Below, one piece after another: positions 59,395-64,000 of a stretch of DNA of 64,000 nucleotides. Made by a program: the position numbers and the translations under genes. Source of the DNA: Clostridia bacterium (lineage in GTDB: Bacteria > Bacillota > Clostridia > Oscillospirales > Acutalibacteraceae); NCBI GenBank assembly GCA_017465825.1, contig JAFTVI010000036.1:11174-75173 (forward strand). The letters are read 5' to 3'. A model generated the notes under the pieces. The model was not told the origin of the DNA and made no database searches. It saw only the letters and a program-made list of their open reading frames with translations. The stretch's first letter is position 1. The number at the start of each line of letters is the position of its first letter.

Positions 59395-62008
59395 ATTCTT
59401 CTGCTGGTTCTTCCGTACCGATTACTTCTTTCGGTTCTTCCTGTTTACAGGGGAGCTTTACTATTGCCTTGAACAGGTCGCCGTCGATAATCAGCTTTAA
59501 TTCGCCGTTCTGGAGCAGACAAAGGTCTTTTGCAATAGCAAGCCCCAATCCGTTGCCTTCCTTCGACCTTGACTTGTCACCTCTTACAAAACGCTCCGTA
59601 AGCTCATCGGGAGAAATATTCAGCGGTTCACTTGAAATGTTCTTTACTTCAAAATATCCGTTTACTCCGTCTGTGTACACGGAAACATAAATTCTCGTGT
59701 TCGGTGCGGAATATTTCTTCGCATTGCTGAGAAGATTTGATATTATTCTGTATGTCTTTGCGCTGTCGGCTATAACTTTAGGAGCATTATCGGGTTCGTT
59801 GAATACGAGCTCGTTGCCGTTTTTCTCTGTTTCGGGAGCGTATTCCACAATTGCCTGCACCGCAAGCTCCGACAGATTGAGAATTGACATATTAAGCGTA
59901 ACGTTGCCTGTGGAGACCTTTGATGCCTCAATCAGGTCTTCAATAAGCCTTTTCAGTTTGAATGACTGCTTATGAATTACATCTGTGTATTTAATTGCGT
60001 TTTCGTCTGTAATATCGCATTTCGACAGCAGGTCAGAATATGTTATCAAAGACGTAAGGGGAGTCTTAAGGTCGTGTGAAACGTTTGTTATAAGCTCCGT
60101 TTTCATCTGCTCGTCTTTTACTGCCTGTGCAACGGCTTTTTCAAGCTCCGCATTTGAATTTGCAAGGTTGTCTGCAAGAAGCTTCAGCTCAACGGGCACT
60201 TTTTCGTTGCCGAAATCAATGTTCACGTGCTTACAGGTCGCTGTAATGATTGTGTCAAACATTCTTACGTATTTCATTAAGAAAATGATAACAAGAATAT
60301 TGAAAGTGATTAACAGGGCAATACAGATAAGACACGTTAACTCTGCATATAAAAAGAACGAAAAGAATGCTGAAGCTGCTATAAGTAACAGATTAACAAG
60401 AATATAACCAATGATGAATGCAATAGTCAGCTTCTGCATTTTCTGCGGTTTATAAGAAAATAACCTGACTACACTGTTCTTGAACTTTTTGAATCCTTTG
60501 ATGTTCCAGCTTATGAATTTAGCAATAAGCATTCCTTTTAGGAACGAATATCCTGCTTTTTTAATTCTTGCAGTTGATGCAACCCATTCGCACAGTACGA
60601 GCCAGCAAGCGGCGGCAAGAGCCGATATGCCGTAACGAACCACTCCGAAGTATACGTAGGGATTGGAATTATTGAACATAGTGTCGCTGAATACGACCAA
60701 TGCAAAAACAACACCGGCTACGATAAGACCGAATGATAGTATAAAATGGATATCCGTAGGTATTCTGTCAATCATCGCCGTAACGGGGACGTCATACTCG
60801 TTGCTGTGACCGCAGATACAGCCGTAGGTTATAAGCAGAAGCACAGCCGAAAGCAGACTGATTAAAAATATCGCAATAAGCATTATTGCCGAAAAATTCT
60901 GATATTCGTGATACGCCGTGCAGATTTCGCTGTAAACATCATAATAATCCGTACCTGCAACAACATCTTCCATATAGACGTATACGCATTTGCCGCTTGA
61001 GAGCTGAAGATTTTTTTCAAGATATTCTTTTGTTGTGTACCTGTCTTCAATACCCTTTGTATATACATTCGTACCGTCGAAATAAGCATATACACTATAC
61101 GAATTTATATCCGACGGATTAAACTGCCCCTCAATGTTGGTAAAAGCATTTCCCTGGGAATCCTCTGCATAGTATTTCAGGTTTTCGAGCTCCTCAATTG
61201 CATATCTGTAAGAGGAGGCATTGAATGTCAGATCGTTTATAAAGCTCTGCTGCTGACCTTTGTACTGCGAGTAAAATTCCGATTTTATCTGTGTTTCGGA
61301 GTAATTGAGATTGCTTACCATAAAAGTGATTGTATAAATATAGTTTGTTGAATCGTGCGCCCCAGCACCATTGTCAGTATTTCCCTGAGCATCATCCGGC
61401 TGGCTGTAGTAAATTTTCGCTTCGCTGCTGAAATCCATATCAAATGCTTCACTTCTTACAAGCGCCTCGTAGTTAAGAAAATCCCTTCCCGATGCCGAAT
61501 TGAGAATTTTCTGTGCCGCTTCAATATTCTTCGGCACAACCGTTGTTTCTTCAACCGCACCGGGGTCGGCGGTATCTGCTTCTGCACCGTCTGGTATTGT
61601 TATCAGTTCAGCGGAGTATTCATAATTGAAATATGATTCATCATAATTGTTTACCGCATATTCCAGCTCAGCTTTAATTATGCCCGCCTTTTTGTCAAGA
61701 TAAGCATTTACCGCCTCGGTCACAACTGCATCTGTCTGTGCGGATATTGCCGAATCAATGTCTGACGTGTTGCTGTCTGCAATCTCTGCAATCTTATACG
61801 CATCACTGCTGAACTGATCGGCAAACGCATATGAGCTGTAAAATGTACCGTAGTTACCGTCAATGTAATCTTCGGGGCCGTAAATCGTCATTGCCTGCAC
61901 AAACGTCAATGCACTCAACGCCGCTATGAAAAACATAGCAACCGCAAGTATCAGACACAGTCCCTTTGCAAATAATGTGTGTTTAAATTTTTTCGATTTT
62001 GTAGCCAA
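59393..62008 (-). CDS. sensor histidine kinase with large N-terminal extracytoplasmic domain
   Basis: 871 aa, TTG start (SD AAGGTGG 9 nt upstream) inside the regulator gene. TM, ~350-aa external domain, ~6 TMs, H-box ..NVSHDLKTPLTS.., HATPase_c (..GNGLGLAI..). Confidence 0.85.
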   Translation of the reverse strand: MATKSKKFKHTLFAKGLCLILAVAMFFIAALSALTFVQAMTIYGPEDYIDGNYGTFYSSYAFADQFSSDAYKIAEIADSNTSDIDSAISAQTDAVVTEAVNAYLDKKAGIIKAELEYAVNNYDESYFNYEYSAELITIPDGAEADTADPGAVEETTVVPKNIEAAQKILNSASGRDFLNYEALVRSEAFDMDFSSEAKIYYSQPDDAQGNTDNGAGAHDSTNYIYTITFMVSNLNYSETQIKSEFYSQYKGQQQSFINDLTFNASSYRYAIEELENLKYYAEDSQGNAFTNIEGQFNPSDINSYSVYAYFDGTNVYTKGIEDRYTTKEYLEKNLQLSSGKCVYVYMEDVVAGTDYYDVYSEICTAYHEYQNFSAIMLIAIFLISLLSAVLLLITYGCICGHSNEYDVPVTAMIDRIPTDIHFILSFGLIVAGVVFALVVFSDTMFNNSNPYVYFGVVRYGISALAAACWLVLCEWVASTARIKKAGYSFLKGMLIAKFISWNIKGFKKFKNSVVRLFSYKPQKMQKLTIAFIIGYILVNLLLIAASAFFSFFLYAELTCLICIALLITFNILVIIFLMKYVRMFDTIITATCKHVNIDFGNEKVPVELKLLADNLANSNAELEKAVAQAVKDEQMKTELITNVSHDLKTPLTSLITYSDLLSKCDITDENAIKYTDVIHKQSFKLKRLIEDLIEASKVSTGNVTLNMSILNLSELAVQAIVEYAPETEKNGNELVFNEPDNAPKVIADSAKTYRIISNLLSNAKKYSAPNTRIYVSVYTDGVNGYFEVKNISSEPLNISPDELTERFVRGDKSRSKEGNGLGLAIAKDLCLLQNGELKLIIDGDLFKAIVKLPCKQEEPKEVIGTEEPAEE

Positions 62009-62672
62009 GTCCCCACACCACCTTTAAGTATTTAGGGTCCTTCGGGTTGATTTCAATTTTCTCCCGAATATTCCTTATGTGCACCGTGACAGTTTTTTCG
62101 GTGTGAAAGGCCGGCTCATTCCATACCGCTTCATAAATTTGAGTGCCCGATAAAACTCTTCCCATATTAAGCATAAGATACTCCAATATGCTGTATTCCT
62201 TGGCGGTGAGTGTAACGCTCTCGCCGTCAACAAGCACTTCCTTGCTGTCCCTGTTGAGAGTGAGACCGCCCGTTATAAGCATATTTTCGCTTTTCTTCAT
62301 ACTTCCGAGCATACTGTAACGTCTTATCTGTGATTTGACCCTTGCAACAAGCTCAAGAGGATTGAACGGCTTTGTAACATAGTCGTCGGCACCGAAGCCT
62401 AAACCTGTTATTTTGTCCGTATCTTCACTCTTTGCCGAAAGCAGAATAATAGGGAAGTTGTACTTTTCCCTTATTCTGATCGTCGTTTTAAGTCCGTCCA
62501 TTCTCGGCATCATAATGTCAAGCACAAGACAGTGAATCTCATTTGCTTCTATTTTTTCGAGAGCGTCAACACCGTCACAGGCTGTGATAATGTTATACCC
62601 CTCCGATTTTAAATAGATTTCAATTGATTCAAGGATTGCCGAATCGTCGTCGCAGACAAGAACAGTATACAT
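61983..62672 (-). CDS. OmpR-family response regulator
   Basis: 229 aa. Receiver (..LVLDIMMPRMDG..) plus winged-helix output (..VWGLGYKI..). SD AAGGAG. Confidence 0.9.
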   Translation of the reverse strand: MYTVLVCDDDSAILESIEIYLKSEGYNIITACDGVDALEKIEANEIHCLVLDIMMPRMDGLKTTIRIREKYNFPIILLSAKSEDTDKITGLGFGADDYVTKPFNPLELVARVKSQIRRYSMLGSMKKSENMLITGGLTLNRDSKEVLVDGESVTLTAKEYSILEYLMLNMGRVLSGTQIYEAVWNEPAFHTEKTVTVHIRNIREKIEINPKDPKYLKVVWGLGYKIEKI

Positions 62673-62770
62673 TTGTATAGTCTCCTTTATGAAGTGTCAC
62701 GGTTGTGATTATATTAAACCACACCGAAAGCAAGATAAACACAATAAAAAGTAAAGAAAAAGTTAAGTTT

Positions 62771-64000
62771 TTAAATTAATTCACCAATGCAGTTTTCGCC
62801 GCTTACTCCGGTGATTTTAACATCTTTGATAATGCCTGTAAGGCATTTATCCGTTTTTACAGTAACGGGAGTGTAATTCTTTGTGTATCCGCACTGATAT
62901 CCGTTTTTCGGCGCTTCAAACAGTACGGAACAGGTTTTGCCGATTATATCGCCGAATGCTTCAGCCCGCAAATTCTCGCAAACAGCTGAAAGCTCTGCCG
63001 CCCTTGCGCTTTTAACAGAATTGAGTATCTGTCCTGCCATTTCAGCAGCTTTTGTGCCCTCTCTTATTGAATAGGGGAATACGTGTACCTTTTCAAATTT
63101 TATACTTTTTGCAAATTCAACGGTCTGTCTGAATTCTTCATCAGTTTCTCCGGGAAATCCCGTAATAATATCGGTCGTTATTGATGCATCCTCAAAGGTG
63201 TTGCGGAGCTTTTCTACGAGAGATGCATATTCAGCCGAATTGTAATGCCTGTTCATTCTTTTAAGTACGGTATCGCATCCGCTTTGCAGGGAAATGTGAA
63301 ACTGAGGGCAGAATTTTTTACAGGATGAAAAAACATCAATCATTTCGTCCGTGATGTGGTCGGGTTCAAGAGAGCCGAGCCTTATGCGCTCAATTCCGTC
63401 TGTGTTTTCTGCGGCAACAACGGCATCTGCAAGCGTACAGCCTATATCTCTGCCGTATGCAGAAAGGTTTATTCCGACAAAAACAACCTCTTTAAAGCCG
63501 TTTTTTGCAAGGGAACTGATTTCCGCTTTTACGTCATCAAGAGCTTTTGACCTGCTTCTGCCCCTTGCGTAGGGGATAGCACAGTAAGAGCAGAATCTGT
63601 TACAGCCGTCCTGAATTTTTACAAACGCTCTCGTATGCCCCGAAAATTCCGTAATTATTCCGCCGTTGTACTTGTCGTCATTCTTGTGGTCGGAAATATT
63701 AACAACATTTTTATGCTCGCTGAAATATCTGTTAAGTGAATCTACAAGCAGTCTGTTGTTTTTATTGCCCAGAATTATGTCGGCTTCTTTTACGGAAAGA
63801 GCTTCTTCGGGGAAAGCCTGAGGTACACAGCCGGTCATAACAATAACGGCATCGGGGTGTGCGGATTTGAATTTACGCACAGCCTGCCTTGTTTTTCGGT
63901 TGCTTTCCGCCGTTACCGTGCAGGAGTTCACTATATATACATCGGCATCTTCTTTGGGACTTACCACAAGATAGCCGTTTTTTGTAAGCATTTCTGTCAT
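62771..64000 (-). CDS. mtaB: MiaB/MtaB-family radical-SAM tRNA methylthiotransferase (MtaB-like); 5' end outside window
   Basis: 409 aa visible. CNRFCSYCAIP radical-SAM cluster and C-terminal TRAM-like segment. About 25-35 N-terminal residues are missing. Confidence 0.75.
   Translation of the reverse strand: MTEMLTKNGYLVVSPKEDADVYIVNSCTVTAESNRKTRQAVRKFKSAHPDAVIVMTGCVPQAFPEEALSVKEADIILGNKNNRLLVDSLNRYFSEHKNVVNISDHKNDDKYNGGIITEFSGHTRAFVKIQDGCNRFCSYCAIPYARGRSRSKALDDVKAEISSLAKNGFKEVVFVGINLSAYGRDIGCTLADAVVAAENTDGIERIRLGSLEPDHITDEMIDVFSSCKKFCPQFHISLQSGCDTVLKRMNRHYNSAEYASLVEKLRNTFEDASITTDIITGFPGETDEEFRQTVEFAKSIKFEKVHVFPYSIREGTKAAEMAGQILNSVKSARAAELSAVCENLRAEAFGDIIGKTCSVLFEAPKNGYQCGYTKNYTPVTVKTDKCLTGIIKDVKITGVSGENCIGELI

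Overview
64-kb chromosomal segment of a spore-forming, moderately low-GC Firmicute, probably Clostridia (bofA, spoIIR and ylmH are present, with gut-type glycosidases GH27 and GH38). I call 54 protein-coding genes and 3 tRNAs (initiator-type Met, elongator Met, Glu). I see no rRNA, CRISPR array, transposase, integrase or phage block. Core content: an argC-J-B-D-F-carA-carB operon, tldD/pmbA, two FAD oxidoreductases, uxuA-eda, manA, an ABC-F ATPase, ispE, murC, an OmpR/histidine-kinase pair and mtaB. Accessory-looking content: a very AT-rich block of orphan membrane proteins (0.4-5.4 kb) next to the initiator tRNA, a blaI/blaR1-like pair with a stand-alone 39-codon gene, and a 4.66-kb gene for a giant surface protein. 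Many promoters are near-consensus TTGACA-17-TATAAT. Observations I rate highest: (1) the arg-cluster carbamoyl-phosphate synthase is doubly aberrant. CarA has lost its whole Cys-His-Glu glutaminase triad, and CarB is fused in frame to a DapF-like domain missing one catalytic Cys. (2) A 1552-aa protein interleaves about 20 beta-modules with Pro-free collagen-like Gly-X-Y runs and ends in BspA-type LRRs. (3) A zinc-ribbon/PASTA pseudokinase is tightly coupled to TldD/PmbA. All family assignments rest on motif recognition by eye, not on database searches.
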